Assembly: GCA_030753015.1 (NCBI GenBank)
Contig: JASMDC010000003.1
Span: 64,001 to 128,000, forward strand
Direction of reading: 5' to 3'
From: Candidatus Undinarchaeales archaeon
GTDB lineage: Archaea; SpSt-1190; JASMDC01
DNA length: 64,000 nucleotides
In this document: positions 10,289 through 19,275 of the stretch, in pieces
Numbering within the stretch: the first letter of the stretch is position 1
How the letters are laid out: every line of letters begins with the position of its first letter
Program-made: the position numbers and the translations under genes
Notes under the pieces: generated by a model
Told to the model about the DNA's origin: nothing
Seen by the model: only the letters and a program-made list of their open reading frames with translations
Databases searched by the model: none

Positions 10289-10759
10289 CTAATCCCAGCG
10301 TACGACTGTGGTGGGCATGGTCCCGCGCGGCGTATCCATTCGTCTGTACTGCTCGAAGGTACGCTCGGGCTCGAGCTCCCTAACGAAATCCACCAATGAT
10401 TCCCTGACCTCGTCGGTCCCCTCGAAGGAGACCGAGGCGGTCGAGTAGCTTTCAGGAGTCCCATAACCGAGATCACGGGCGCCCTCAAGGAAATCGTGTA
10501 CCGTAACCTCATCAGCGCTAAGGGTGATTCGGTAGACCTCTCTTTCGGTCGTTACACCGTCTCGTTGTCTGACGAGGTCCTGGTGCCCGCCTGTGGCGGA
10601 CACATCGGGAAGAGCATCGTATTGCTCGACAAGCATAGCTACGTCATAGGCGAGGTGTTCGTCGGTCCTCGGTTCGAAAACAGAGCACCCCTCGTTAGCA
10701 CCGAACTCGGTTTCGATGCTCTTGTAGGCGCAGATCGTGTAATCGAGGATGATCTCCAT
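10289..10759 (-). CDS. Hypothetical acidic protein (~156 aa)
   Basis: ORF with protein-like composition. ATG (MEIILDY) lies downstream of a BRE/TATA-like GAAAGGAAAACCTTAAA on the minus strand. No family recognised. Confidence 0.6.
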   Translation of the reverse strand: MEIILDYTICAYKSIETEFGANEGCSVFEPRTDEHLAYDVAMLVEQYDALPDVSATGGHQDLVRQRDGVTTEREVYRITLSADEVTVHDFLEGARDLGYGTPESYSTASVSFEGTDEVRESLVDFVRELEPERTFEQYRRMDTPRGTMPTTVVRWD

Positions 10760-10831
10760 GATTGTTCGCCTTGTGAGGCGCTCAGCAGCGGGCGGTGTTT
10801 TAAGGTTTTCCTTTCGGTGGGCCGAACTCAT

Positions 10832-11218
10832 CTACGACAATAGATTCTTCAGCCACCAACCCAGCCTGAGGCGTAAGGACTGGCTTCCATTGATGTCCTC
10901 CACCGTGAGCTTGAAGATGAGGTCCTTTCCGGCCATGGGGTGGCTCCCCGACCGGCCGTAACCCTTCTCAGCTGGGATATACACTTCCTTCTCCTCACCG
11001 ATTGCCATCCCGACGAGGGCCTCCTCGAAGCCGGGGATGACCTTGTGCTCACCTACGACGACCTTCTTGGGACCATATTTCCGCTTGGGCTTGTAGACCT
11101 CGGCCTTCTTGGCGTACTCCTTCACGGACGTGTCGAAGATCTCGTGGGTGTCGGCATACCATCCTATGTAGGTGACATCAAGAGCATCCCCTTCCTTCAC
11201 GACCACGGGATCGACCAT
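10832..11218 (-). CDS. FKBP-type peptidyl-prolyl cis-trans isomerase
   Basis: GDALDVTYIG, FDTS, VIPGFEEALVGM..GEEKEV.IP.EKGYG, HPMAGKDLIF. Confidence 0.9.
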   Translation of the reverse strand: MVDPVVVKEGDALDVTYIGWYADTHEIFDTSVKEYAKKAEVYKPKRKYGPKKVVVGEHKVIPGFEEALVGMAIGEEKEVYIPAEKGYGRSGSHPMAGKDLIFKLTVEDINGSQSLRLRLGWWLKNLLS

Positions 11219-11239
11219 ATTGCGGTACCGGCCAGCAGA

Positions 11240-12577
11240 TTATCCTCTAATGAGCCTGAGTACCTCATCCCTCTTCGCAACCATGGTATTGGGGTCCTTG
11301 GCCTCGAGGTTGAGACGGAGCAGGGGTTCAGTATTGGAGGGGCGGACGTTGAACCACCAGTCATTGAGCTCGATCTTCAGACCGTCCAGATGGGATACGT
11401 TGCCCTCCTCTCCATAGACGCTCTCCAGCTTCTTGAGCACGGCGTCCTTGTCCTTGACGGTTGAATTGATCTCACCTGAGATGTGATAGGTATGTGCGTT
11501 GGAGAGTATCTGGGAGAGACGCCCACCTCGACGGGACACAAGCTCCACCATCATCAGTGCGGGGATCCATCCGTTGTCGACGTATACATCGTCGCCACGG
11601 AAGTAGTAGTGGCCGGAGATCTCGCCGGCGAACACAGCATTGTCCTCACGCATGGAAGCCTTGATGAAGGCGTGGCCAACCCGGGAAATCTTCGGTACGC
11701 CCCGTGCCTTGCGGATAGAATCACGAACGTACCACGAAGCGCGAAGGTCGTAGTACACGACGTCCCCGGGATTGTCCTGGAGCACGCGCTGAGCCAAGAG
11801 CCCTGTGATGAAATCGCCAGGAACGAACTTGCCCGTGTTGTCGATAAAGAAGCATCTGTCGGTGTCACCGTCCCAGGCGATGCCCAAGTCGGCACCTTGG
11901 ACTATTACCTCGTCCATAATCTGCCGCCGGTTCTCCTCCACCATGGGATTAGCATCATGGACGGGGAAGGTCCCGTCCAGCTCGAAGTTCAGGGATATGA
12001 TCTCAATAGGTAAGCCCTTGAACACGAGCGGCGCGATCTTGCCGGCCATACCGTTGGATGCGTCCATGACCACTTTCATTGGTTGGATGGCCTTCACGTC
12101 CACGAAGGAGTGGACCCAAACCACGAAGTCGTCCATGACGTCACGTTCGATGATCGTGCCCTTCTGGACAGGTTCAGGGAAGGCGTTCTTCTCCACAAGG
12201 GCCTTGATGTCCCGAAGACCCGTCTCGATGCTGATCGGGATGGCCTTCTCCCGCACGATCTTCATCCCGTTGTCCTCGGGGGGATTGTGGGATGCGGTGA
12301 TCATCACCCCGGCGCCCTTCTCGAGATGGTGGACCGCGAAATAGAGCACGTCGGTCCCCACCAAGCCGAGATCGATGACGTTGGCGCCCTGTTCGGTGAC
12401 GCCTCGGGCCAGGGCCTTAAACATCTGTGGTGACGAGATGCGCATGTCACGCCCGATGACGACCTCGTCAACGCCCAGCATCGCGACAATCGCGCGTCCC
12501 ACACGGAAAGCGATGTCCTCTGTCAGCTCGGTGCCGAACTTCCCCCGGATGTCATAGGCCTTGAAGATATCCCCCAT
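11240..12577 (-). CDS. Phosphomannomutase/phosphoglucomutase
   Basis: IFKAYDIRG, TASHNP phosphoserine loop, DGDTDR metal loop, GEISGH, RPSNTEP. True start is ATG 12577. Confidence 0.95.
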   Translation of the reverse strand: MGDIFKAYDIRGKFGTELTEDIAFRVGRAIVAMLGVDEVVIGRDMRISSPQMFKALARGVTEQGANVIDLGLVGTDVLYFAVHHLEKGAGVMITASHNPPEDNGMKIVREKAIPISIETGLRDIKALVEKNAFPEPVQKGTIIERDVMDDFVVWVHSFVDVKAIQPMKVVMDASNGMAGKIAPLVFKGLPIEIISLNFELDGTFPVHDANPMVEENRRQIMDEVIVQGADLGIAWDGDTDRCFFIDNTGKFVPGDFITGLLAQRVLQDNPGDVVYYDLRASWYVRDSIRKARGVPKISRVGHAFIKASMREDNAVFAGEISGHYYFRGDDVYVDNGWIPALMMVELVSRRGGRLSQILSNAHTYHISGEINSTVKDKDAVLKKLESVYGEEGNVSHLDGLKIELNDWWFNVRPSNTEPLLRLNLEAKDPNTMVAKRDEVLRLIRG

Positions 12578-12638
12578 GGTCACACCGGTGTGGAGAACAA
12601 GGCTCAGGGTTAAAGGCTTTGCGCCCGAGGGGACGGCC

Positions 12639-13223
12639 ATGGAGCTCGCCGAGGCGCTGGCCACCCGGCGGAGCGTGCGCAAACTGGCCCCGGACCCCGT
12701 TCCACGAGAGATCATCGAGGAGCTTGTGAGCGCAGCGACCATGGCCCCAAACGCTCATAACTCCCAACCGTGGCAGTTCGTGGTGGTGGAGGAGATGCGC
12801 GAGGCCCTTGTGGACGCTCTGGCATCGAGCCTCAGAAGCGACCTCCTTGGTGAAGGAGAGGGTCCTGACGAAGCTCAGCGGATCGCGGAGGCCAAGACTG
12901 GACGGTTCCGACACCCGCCCACGCTCCTGCTCGTTTGTCTGGACGCACAGCGGATCAAGGCAAGCCCGCGTCACGACGCAGAACGGCTCCTGGCAGTGCA
13001 TAGCGTCGCAGCCGCCATCCAGAACCTACTACTGGCCGCCCATGACCGAGGTCTGGCCACATGCTGGTACTGCGCACCAGCATTCTGCCCCGAGACCGTG
13101 CGAAAGGCGCTGGACCTCTCACCCGGCGTTGAGCCCCAGGCCCTTGTGGCGCTAGGCAGGCCGGCAGAGGATCCCACATCACCCCTTCGCCGACCGCTTG
13201 CGGAGGTCCTGGTGTGGCGATGA
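12639..13223 (+). CDS. Nitroreductase-family protein resembling the FbiB C-terminal domain (candidate dehydro-F420-0 reductase)
   Basis: RRSVR, APNAHNSQPWQF, AAAIQNLLLAAHDRGLATCW, FCPETVRKALDL. Its stop overlaps the cofD start (ATGA). Confidence 0.8.
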   Translation: MELAEALATRRSVRKLAPDPVPREIIEELVSAATMAPNAHNSQPWQFVVVEEMREALVDALASSLRSDLLGEGEGPDEAQRIAEAKTGRFRHPPTLLLVCLDAQRIKASPRHDAERLLAVHSVAAAIQNLLLAAHDRGLATCWYCAPAFCPETVRKALDLSPGVEPQALVALGRPAEDPTSPLRRPLAEVLVWR

Positions 13224-14164
13224 CCCGGGCGTGCGTGCTTTGCGGGGGGGTGGGTGCGGCCCGTTTCCTCACAGGGCTCGTGCGTGTCATTTCCCCGGAG
13301 GATATCGGATGTATCGTGAACACTGGCGACGACATCGATGTATGGGGCGCGCGCGTATGCCCGGACGTTGACATAGTCACGTATACCCTTGCTGGGATCG
13401 TAGACCGGGACAAAGGCTGGGGCGTAGCGGGCGACACGTTCACGTGCTTGGAGACCATGGCGCGCTTGGGGGAGATGAACTGGTTCCGCCTCGGGGACGC
13501 CGATCTTGCCCTGTCCCTTGTACGCACTCGGTTACTTGGGATCGGACGCGAGCTTGAGGACGCGACCGCGGAGCTCGTCCATCGTTTGGGGATCGCAGTG
13601 ACAATCGTCCCCATGTCCAACGAACGTGTGGAAACGCACGTGACTACTCCCACTGGCGAGATGTCCTTCGAGGAATACTTCGTGCGTGAGGGGTGCCGGC
13701 CCGAGATGAGGAAAGTGCGTTACGCGGGCGCCGACATCGCCCGACCGAGCCGAGGTGCCGAGCGCCTCCTTCGTGAGTCCGAGGTCCTTCTCATAGCCCC
13801 CTCCAATCCGTTGGCCAGCATCGGCCCGATACTGGCCGTTCCCGGAATGCGTGAGCTCGTGGAGAGGTTCGACGGGCCGCGAATCGCTGTCAGCCCCCTC
13901 ATAGGAGGTAGGACGGTCAAGGGGCCTGCCGACCGGATGCTCCGCGCTGTCGGATTCACTCCGAGCGTGGAGGGACTGGCCACGTTCTACGACGGCCTCA
14001 TTGACGGATTCGTCATCGACGAGGTAGATTCCTCCAGCGCCCCCGAACTGGAGGGCCGGGGGCTCGCGGTTCACGCGCTCCCATCGCTCATGGACACGCC
14101 AGCCCGGGCAGAGGCTGTGGCCCGAGGGGCCCTCGAGCTCGCCAAGGAGGTCGGACGCCCGTGA
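13220..14164 (+). CDS. cofD: 2-phospho-L-lactate/PEP transferase CofD (FbiA)
   Basis: GGVGAARFL, VNTGDD, CPDVDIVTYTLAG, WFRLGDAD, PSNP..SIGPIL, VKGPA. Confidence 0.95.
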   Translation: MTRACVLCGGVGAARFLTGLVRVISPEDIGCIVNTGDDIDVWGARVCPDVDIVTYTLAGIVDRDKGWGVAGDTFTCLETMARLGEMNWFRLGDADLALSLVRTRLLGIGRELEDATAELVHRLGIAVTIVPMSNERVETHVTTPTGEMSFEEYFVREGCRPEMRKVRYAGADIARPSRGAERLLRESEVLLIAPSNPLASIGPILAVPGMRELVERFDGPRIAVSPLIGGRTVKGPADRMLRAVGFTPSVEGLATFYDGLIDGFVIDEVDSSSAPELEGRGLAVHALPSLMDTPARAEAVARGALELAKEVGRP

Positions 14165-14766
14165 ACGGCTGCATCCTGGTACCAGTCAAGGGCTTCCGCA
14201 AGGCCCTTGGCAAGACGCGTCTCGCGGAATCCTTCAGACCCGCTGAACGGGCAATACTCGTTGAAAGCATGGCCGAGCGCGTTGTGCGGACGGCGTCTGA
14301 GGTGGCCCCCGTATATCTCCTCGCACGTGAGGATCCGCCCCCAAAGGTCGCAGCCCACGTGTACGACACCCTCGTCGATTTAGGGCGGGGCCTGAACGCA
14401 GAACTTGAGGCCGCGATTGACACCCTCCTTGCTAACGAACATGACAGGCTCCTCGTACTCCCAGGGGACATCCCCCTAGTGACGACCTCGGTCCTTGAGT
14501 GCGCTCTTCATCAGCTCGATGACCATGATGTCGTCGTGGCACCGGCAACAGATGGCGGGACCGCGCTCCTCGGTATACGATCGCCGCGACGGTCGAGGAT
14601 GCTGTTCGGAGAGCGGTCGAGCTGTAGGGCACATGCTGAAAACGCCCAGGATCATGGACTTTCCGTTTTTGTACTGGACAGCGAGGGTCCTCTCCTGGAC
14701 GTGGACACGGCTGATGATGTCGTCCTTGTTCAGGATGAGCTCTCTACTACCGAGAGATGCCGGTAG
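14161..14766 (+). CDS. cofC: 2-phospho-L-lactate/PEP guanylyltransferase CofC (FbiD)
   Basis: VPVK..KTRL, GLN, PGDIP, DGGT, F...S...H, DVDTADD. Coupled to cofD by a GTGA overlap. Confidence 0.85.
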   Translation: MNGCILVPVKGFRKALGKTRLAESFRPAERAILVESMAERVVRTASEVAPVYLLAREDPPPKVAAHVYDTLVDLGRGLNAELEAAIDTLLANEHDRLLVLPGDIPLVTTSVLECALHQLDDHDVVVAPATDGGTALLGIRSPRRSRMLFGERSSCRAHAENAQDHGLSVFVLDSEGPLLDVDTADDVVLVQDELSTTERCR

Positions 14767-15776
14767 AGAGTATCGCGTCGAATGGGTCGACGCCCCGCCT
14801 CCCTGGCAAGCGCAGCCAGGGACTCTGCGCTCATAGCCTGACCGTTGCGTCCTCCTGCCAGCCGCGTGATGTTCTCGGCCCCGAGAGTGCCGCCCAGATC
14901 GTTGCCGCCCCAGTCGAGGGCCTTGGCGGCCGTCCCCCGGCCGAGCTTTACCCAGGAGACCTGGATGTTGGGGATGAGGGGGTGGAGGACCAGACGCGCA
15001 GCGGCCACCATCAGGAGGTCAGCGGCCGTTCCAGGTGACTTGATGCCCCGCTCCCGGAACAGTGGCGTGTTCGGGGAAATGAAGGAGAGGGGTACGAACT
15101 CAGTGAACCCGCCCGTCTCCTCTTGGAGATCACGGAGAAGGTAGAGGTGCTCCAAGCGCTCGTCCCACCCCTCGCCGATGCCATAGAGCATGGTGCACGT
15201 TGTTGGGATGCCCTGTTCGTGGGCCGAACGAACCACGTTTAGCCATTCTGCAGTACCGAGCTTCTCAGGACAAACTTCCTTACGGACATAATCAACAAGC
15301 ACCTCGGCCGCTGTACCCGGCATGGATCCAAGGCCCGCCCGCTGTAGTTCCTTGAGGACCGCCTCGACGTCCTCTCCCGTCTGACGAGCCGCGTGGACCA
15401 CCTCCTGCGGGGAGAAAGCGTGGATGTGGATGTTAGGTGCGGCCTTCCGAACGGCCCGCACTATGGCCACATAATACTCAAGGAAGAGGTCAGGGTGAAG
15501 CCCGCCCTGGATACACACCTCCGTGGCGCCGTCCCTAGCCGCGCAACGTGCCTCTTCCGCCACGTCCTCGACAGAGCTCAGATATCCCTCGCGGTTCGCG
15601 AAAGCACAGAACAGGCATGTGTTGATACATACATCAGTGAAGTTGATATTACGATTAACCACGAATGTGACATCATCTCCAACGGCCTCCGCTCTGAGGG
15701 CGTCGGCCATTCTCTGCGCCTCGACCGGACGGGTGATCAGACGTCGGACATCCTCGCGGTCCAAAGGATCACCCAC
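14730..15776 (-). CDS. cofH: FO synthase subunit CofH (radical SAM)
   Basis: VTFVVNRNINFTDVCINTCLFCAF, QGGLHP, SMPGTAAEVL, GGFTEFVPL, NIQVSWVKLG, NDLGGT. Confidence 0.93.
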   Translation of the reverse strand: MGDPLDREDVRRLITRPVEAQRMADALRAEAVGDDVTFVVNRNINFTDVCINTCLFCAFANREGYLSSVEDVAEEARCAARDGATEVCIQGGLHPDLFLEYYVAIVRAVRKAAPNIHIHAFSPQEVVHAARQTGEDVEAVLKELQRAGLGSMPGTAAEVLVDYVRKEVCPEKLGTAEWLNVVRSAHEQGIPTTCTMLYGIGEGWDERLEHLYLLRDLQEETGGFTEFVPLSFISPNTPLFRERGIKSPGTAADLLMVAAARLVLHPLIPNIQVSWVKLGRGTAAKALDWGGNDLGGTLGAENITRLAGGRNGQAMSAESLAALAREAGRRPIRRDTLYRHLSVVESSS

Positions 15777-16800
15777 AGCATGACACCTCTTGGGCTAGGG
15801 CGAGCACGCGGGGAGCGAGATGGGTGGGAGTAACGTACTGCTCCCGGACAGGGAGCCTGCGGGAGAGGACAAATCCGGCTTCGTCGCACACGACCCCGAG
15901 CTCGTTAAGAGTGGGCCATGACCGGTCCGGATTAATGAAGTCCGGCGTCACAGGCGATACGCCGCCAAGGTCATCTGCTACGGCCATGGCGCGCATGAGA
16001 AGATCCTGAGAAACAAGATTGGGGGGGATCTGGATGCTGACGTCGGGCGGGAGGTTAAGGCGGGCCATTGCTAGGGTGTCGAGGACCACCTCATCGGTGG
16101 GAGACGGCACGTCCTCCATCGGTGTTCCCTCGTTAGGGGCGAATGGCTGGACGATGACCTCTTGGATATGGCCATAGCGCGCATGGATGTCAGCAATCAC
16201 CTTGAGCGTCTGCTCCCGTTCGAGGCGCGTTTCGCCGATACCCACGAGGATGCCTGTAGTGAAGGGGATGCCTTGTCGTCCTGCTGTGGCGATATGAGCG
16301 AGCCGAAGGGTGGGGACCTTCCCGGGGCATCCATTATGCGGCCCGCCCGGGCCCCCTAGACGCTCGCTGGAGGTCTCTAACATGAGTCCCATGCCCGCAT
16401 TCACCTTTGCTAGCGTCTCGAGCTCGTCCGCGACGAGGACACCCGCGTTGGTGTGGGGGAGCAGGCCGCTCTCCAGCGCCCGGCCGGCCAGGTCAGCAAG
16501 GAACTCCACCATTCTGTTGTATCCCCACTCCTTGAGCTTGTTTCGCACGTATGGGTCAGAATCCGACCGCTCACCAAGTGTGAAGAGCGCCTCTGTGCAT
16601 CCCGCCCGAGCAGCACGTTCTATAAGATTCCGGGCCTCACTCGGTGAAAGCACCCTGGGGCGATCGTCCCCGCGTACCCGGAATCCGCAGTAAGCGCAGT
16701 TATTGACGCAGGCTGTAGTGACCGGTAGGAAGGCGTTCGACGATACAGTCACCCGGCGGCCGAACGCTTCCTGTCGGCGCCTACATGCGGCCTCCCACAT
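15769..16800 (-). CDS. cofG: FO synthase subunit CofG (radical SAM)
   Basis: CVNNCAYCGF, EALFTLGE, LLPHTNAG, MGLMLE, PFTTGILVGIGET, QIPPNL, DLGGVSPVTPDFINP. Confidence 0.93.
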   Translation of the reverse strand: MWEAACRRRQEAFGRRVTVSSNAFLPVTTACVNNCAYCGFRVRGDDRPRVLSPSEARNLIERAARAGCTEALFTLGERSDSDPYVRNKLKEWGYNRMVEFLADLAGRALESGLLPHTNAGVLVADELETLAKVNAGMGLMLETSSERLGGPGGPHNGCPGKVPTLRLAHIATAGRQGIPFTTGILVGIGETRLEREQTLKVIADIHARYGHIQEVIVQPFAPNEGTPMEDVPSPTDEVVLDTLAMARLNLPPDVSIQIPPNLVSQDLLMRAMAVADDLGGVSPVTPDFINPDRSWPTLNELGVVCDEAGFVLSRRLPVREQYVTPTHLAPRVLALAQEVSCCG

Positions 16801-16832
16801 CGAGTAGTGGATGAGGGTAAAAGCATTTATTG

Positions 16833-17747
16833 ATGGCGCCGCCAGATGACGTCAAGATGGTAGGGGACCCACTCCCCGATGGAACGAGCCCGCCAATCAT
16901 ACACGAGGCTCGCGCCAACATTGACAAGGAGGAGAAACGCGGCATCTCCATCGACACCGCGATCAAGCAGCGCAGCCCTTACATGATGGTGCGCGAGGAC
17001 GAGGAGCCCGTACCGCAGCAGGAGGGAGCGCCCGAAGCAGGGAGCGCTGACACGGTGTCCGGCGCCTCTGCAGACGATGCAGTTGCTTTCATTGCCAAGG
17101 CATCAGGTGTCGATAGTGGATCGAAGGCGCGAGTGGGGACATCGGTCGCTCCGACCGAGACGTTCTTCGAGGAGTCCGAGGAGCTTGAGCAGAACAAGCT
17201 AAAGGACATAGTCGTCACCCTTGGGACCATGCTCATCATGTTCGTCGTCCTTCTGGCCGTCCTCTACGGTGGTTACCGTGTGGTTTCGGTCACGGCACCG
17301 GGCATCGCAAGCGCCCTGGGGGAAGCGAAGAGCGAAGGCCCACTCTACAACATCACCTGTGCAGGATTCTCCGCGTGCCCTGACGACATCTTGGAAGCAT
17401 GCGGGTTTGAGGGTGAGGTGGCCTGTGTGGACATCAATAACGCGGGACCAGCCACCATCCCCGGGACCGCACTCCTAAAGGCGAGCGTTTCCATCTCCGG
17501 GGAGAGCGGGATGCATACCTACGATGCCGACTCGCTTCGCATCGTTAATGCTGATGGTACCTCATGTAACACACTCGCAGGATGCGTGTCGTGCCTTGAT
17601 CAGGAATGGGCTGAGCAGAAGGTAAAGACCTTGGTCATCCCGGCCGCGCCGCTGGGCGAACTAAAGACCAGTCGTCACTCCATCACACCAGGCCTGGACA
17701 GGGCGAATCTGCTTCATGACTGCCCGTTCGGAACGAATCTTGTCTGA
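16833..17747 (+). CDS. Hypothetical single-pass membrane protein with a Cys-containing C-terminal domain
   Basis: Acidic N-region, one TM (IVVTLGTMLIMFVVLLAVLYGGY), and a C-terminal domain with several Cys. Confidence 0.7.
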   Translation: MAPPDDVKMVGDPLPDGTSPPIIHEARANIDKEEKRGISIDTAIKQRSPYMMVREDEEPVPQQEGAPEAGSADTVSGASADDAVAFIAKASGVDSGSKARVGTSVAPTETFFEESEELEQNKLKDIVVTLGTMLIMFVVLLAVLYGGYRVVSVTAPGIASALGEAKSEGPLYNITCAGFSACPDDILEACGFEGEVACVDINNAGPATIPGTALLKASVSISGESGMHTYDADSLRIVNADGTSCNTLAGCVSCLDQEWAEQKVKTLVIPAAPLGELKTSRHSITPGLDRANLLHDCPFGTNLV

Positions 17748-17848
17748 GGCTGACCGAAAGGGATAAGAATCCTAATTCCTTCTCCGGGACACGTAGGCGA
17801 GAACGGGTTAACCACGAGCGTTCAAAACCCGTGACGTGACAATCATTC

Positions 17849-18901
17849 ATGGAGGCATTGAAAGTGGCAAAGGACAAGCTTTTCGGTAAACACCTCCTGT
17901 GTACACAGGACTGGGAGGTTGACGAACTCATCCGTGCACTGGAGCTTGCGGAGGACATGCAGAAGGAGCGCTTCTCAGGTAAATATTACGACGTCCTGAA
18001 GATGCGGACGTACATGATGTTCTTCTACAACCCTTCTGTGCGCACACGGCAATCCTTCGAGTGCGCCGCGACCGAGCTCGGGGGTCATGCACAGTTCCTC
18101 GAGCCCAAGTCCATGCGGCTAAAAACGAAGAAGACCGCAGGCGAGACAGTCGAGGATGCTGCTCAGGTCATGGCCAGGTACGGTGCAGGTGTGGGTATTC
18201 GCATCCTTGAGGACAAGATCGGCGCCTATGGGGAGGGGCAAAAGCTCCTGGAGGACTATTGCAAGTGGAGCCCGGCACCCATCCACAGCATGGCTCACGA
18301 CAAGTTCCACCCCTTCCAAGGTCTCGCTGACGTCATGGGGCTCAAGAAGCATCTCAAGACGCCCGACTACAACTTCAAGGGGAAGAAGATCCTCCAGGTG
18401 TGGGGGAAGGGTGCACTTGCGCGTTCTTGGTGCTCGGTGCAGGAGAGCATCCTCATCAACTCCCGCTTGGGCATGGACGTGTGCTTGGCCTACCCGGAGG
18501 GCTTCGATCTGGATCCCGAGGTCATCGCTCTGGTGAAGGCCAACTGCAAGGCCAACGATGCCGAGTTCGAGATCCTGAACGACGTTGACGAGGCCTACGA
18601 CGACAGCGTTGATGTCGTGTACTCCCGCAACTGGATGACCGCTGGCGCTTACAAGGGCGGCGAGTTCGATAAGCCGGGAGAAATAGAGAAGAGTCTCCAG
18701 CACACGGGTTGGATCTGCGACGGGCCCAAGATGGCCAAGACCAACAATGCCTTGTTCATCCACCCCATGCCCATCGACCGCGGTAACGAGGTTTCGGATG
18801 ATGTGGCCAGCGGCCCTCGCTCGATCGTCTACGATGTCGCGGAGAACCGACTTCACGTACAGAAGGCGGTCATGGCCCTCACCATGGGGAACCTTCCCTA
18901 A
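17849..18901 (+). CDS. Ornithine-type carbamoyltransferase, closest by motif to N-acetylornithine carbamoyltransferase (ArgF')-like enzymes
   Basis: NPSVRTRQSF carbamoyl-phosphate motif, HPFQGLAD, DVVYSRNW, HPMP in place of HCLP, AENRLHVQKA. Confidence 0.85.
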   Translation: MEALKVAKDKLFGKHLLCTQDWEVDELIRALELAEDMQKERFSGKYYDVLKMRTYMMFFYNPSVRTRQSFECAATELGGHAQFLEPKSMRLKTKKTAGETVEDAAQVMARYGAGVGIRILEDKIGAYGEGQKLLEDYCKWSPAPIHSMAHDKFHPFQGLADVMGLKKHLKTPDYNFKGKKILQVWGKGALARSWCSVQESILINSRLGMDVCLAYPEGFDLDPEVIALVKANCKANDAEFEILNDVDEAYDDSVDVVYSRNWMTAGAYKGGEFDKPGEIEKSLQHTGWICDGPKMAKTNNALFIHPMPIDRGNEVSDDVASGPRSIVYDVAENRLHVQKAVMALTMGNLP

Positions 18902-18924
18902 GTGCAAGGATTGCGGGAAGCACG

Positions 18925-18948
18925 CCGGCCCCTTACACAAGGGGCCGG
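18925..18948 (+). terminator. Stem-loop downstream of the carbamoyltransferase
   Basis: CCGGCCCCTT-ACAC-AAGGGGCCGG, a perfect 10-bp stem. Confidence 0.6.
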
Positions 18949-19275
18949 TAAAACCTCTGTTCACGGATGTCTCGATGTTTCATCGCCCGTATAGTGTACC
19001 GTGCACACTGTACGGTCAAACGCCGGAACGAATGACAGGATGTGCCTTTAGATAAGGGCGGAGGACATTTCCAAATCCGTCTTATGCCAGGCCTCCGTTT
19101 CTGGCGTCTGAATCGTATTCAAACGTTTCTCAATGTTTCCAAACGGTGATGGCCAACCAGCGTCCGCCGATAATGCAGAGAACGTGACGCGAGGGCCTAT
19201 GTTGCGCAACCATTGCAACAAACCCATATATATCGTCTCAACCACCGGTCTCTAACGGTACAAAGGGGGGCTCAC

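Noticed and set aside
12578-12742. N-terminal extensions of the phosphomannomutase (to 12742) and nitroreductase (from 12561) in the ORF track
   Set aside because: They would overlap head-to-head. Family motifs begin at 12577 and 12639, leaving a 61-bp divergent promoter.
18950-19275. Possible ncRNA in the long intergenic region
   Set aside because: Only a weak imperfect hairpin; no C/D box pair, SRP, RNase P or riboswitch pattern recognised.
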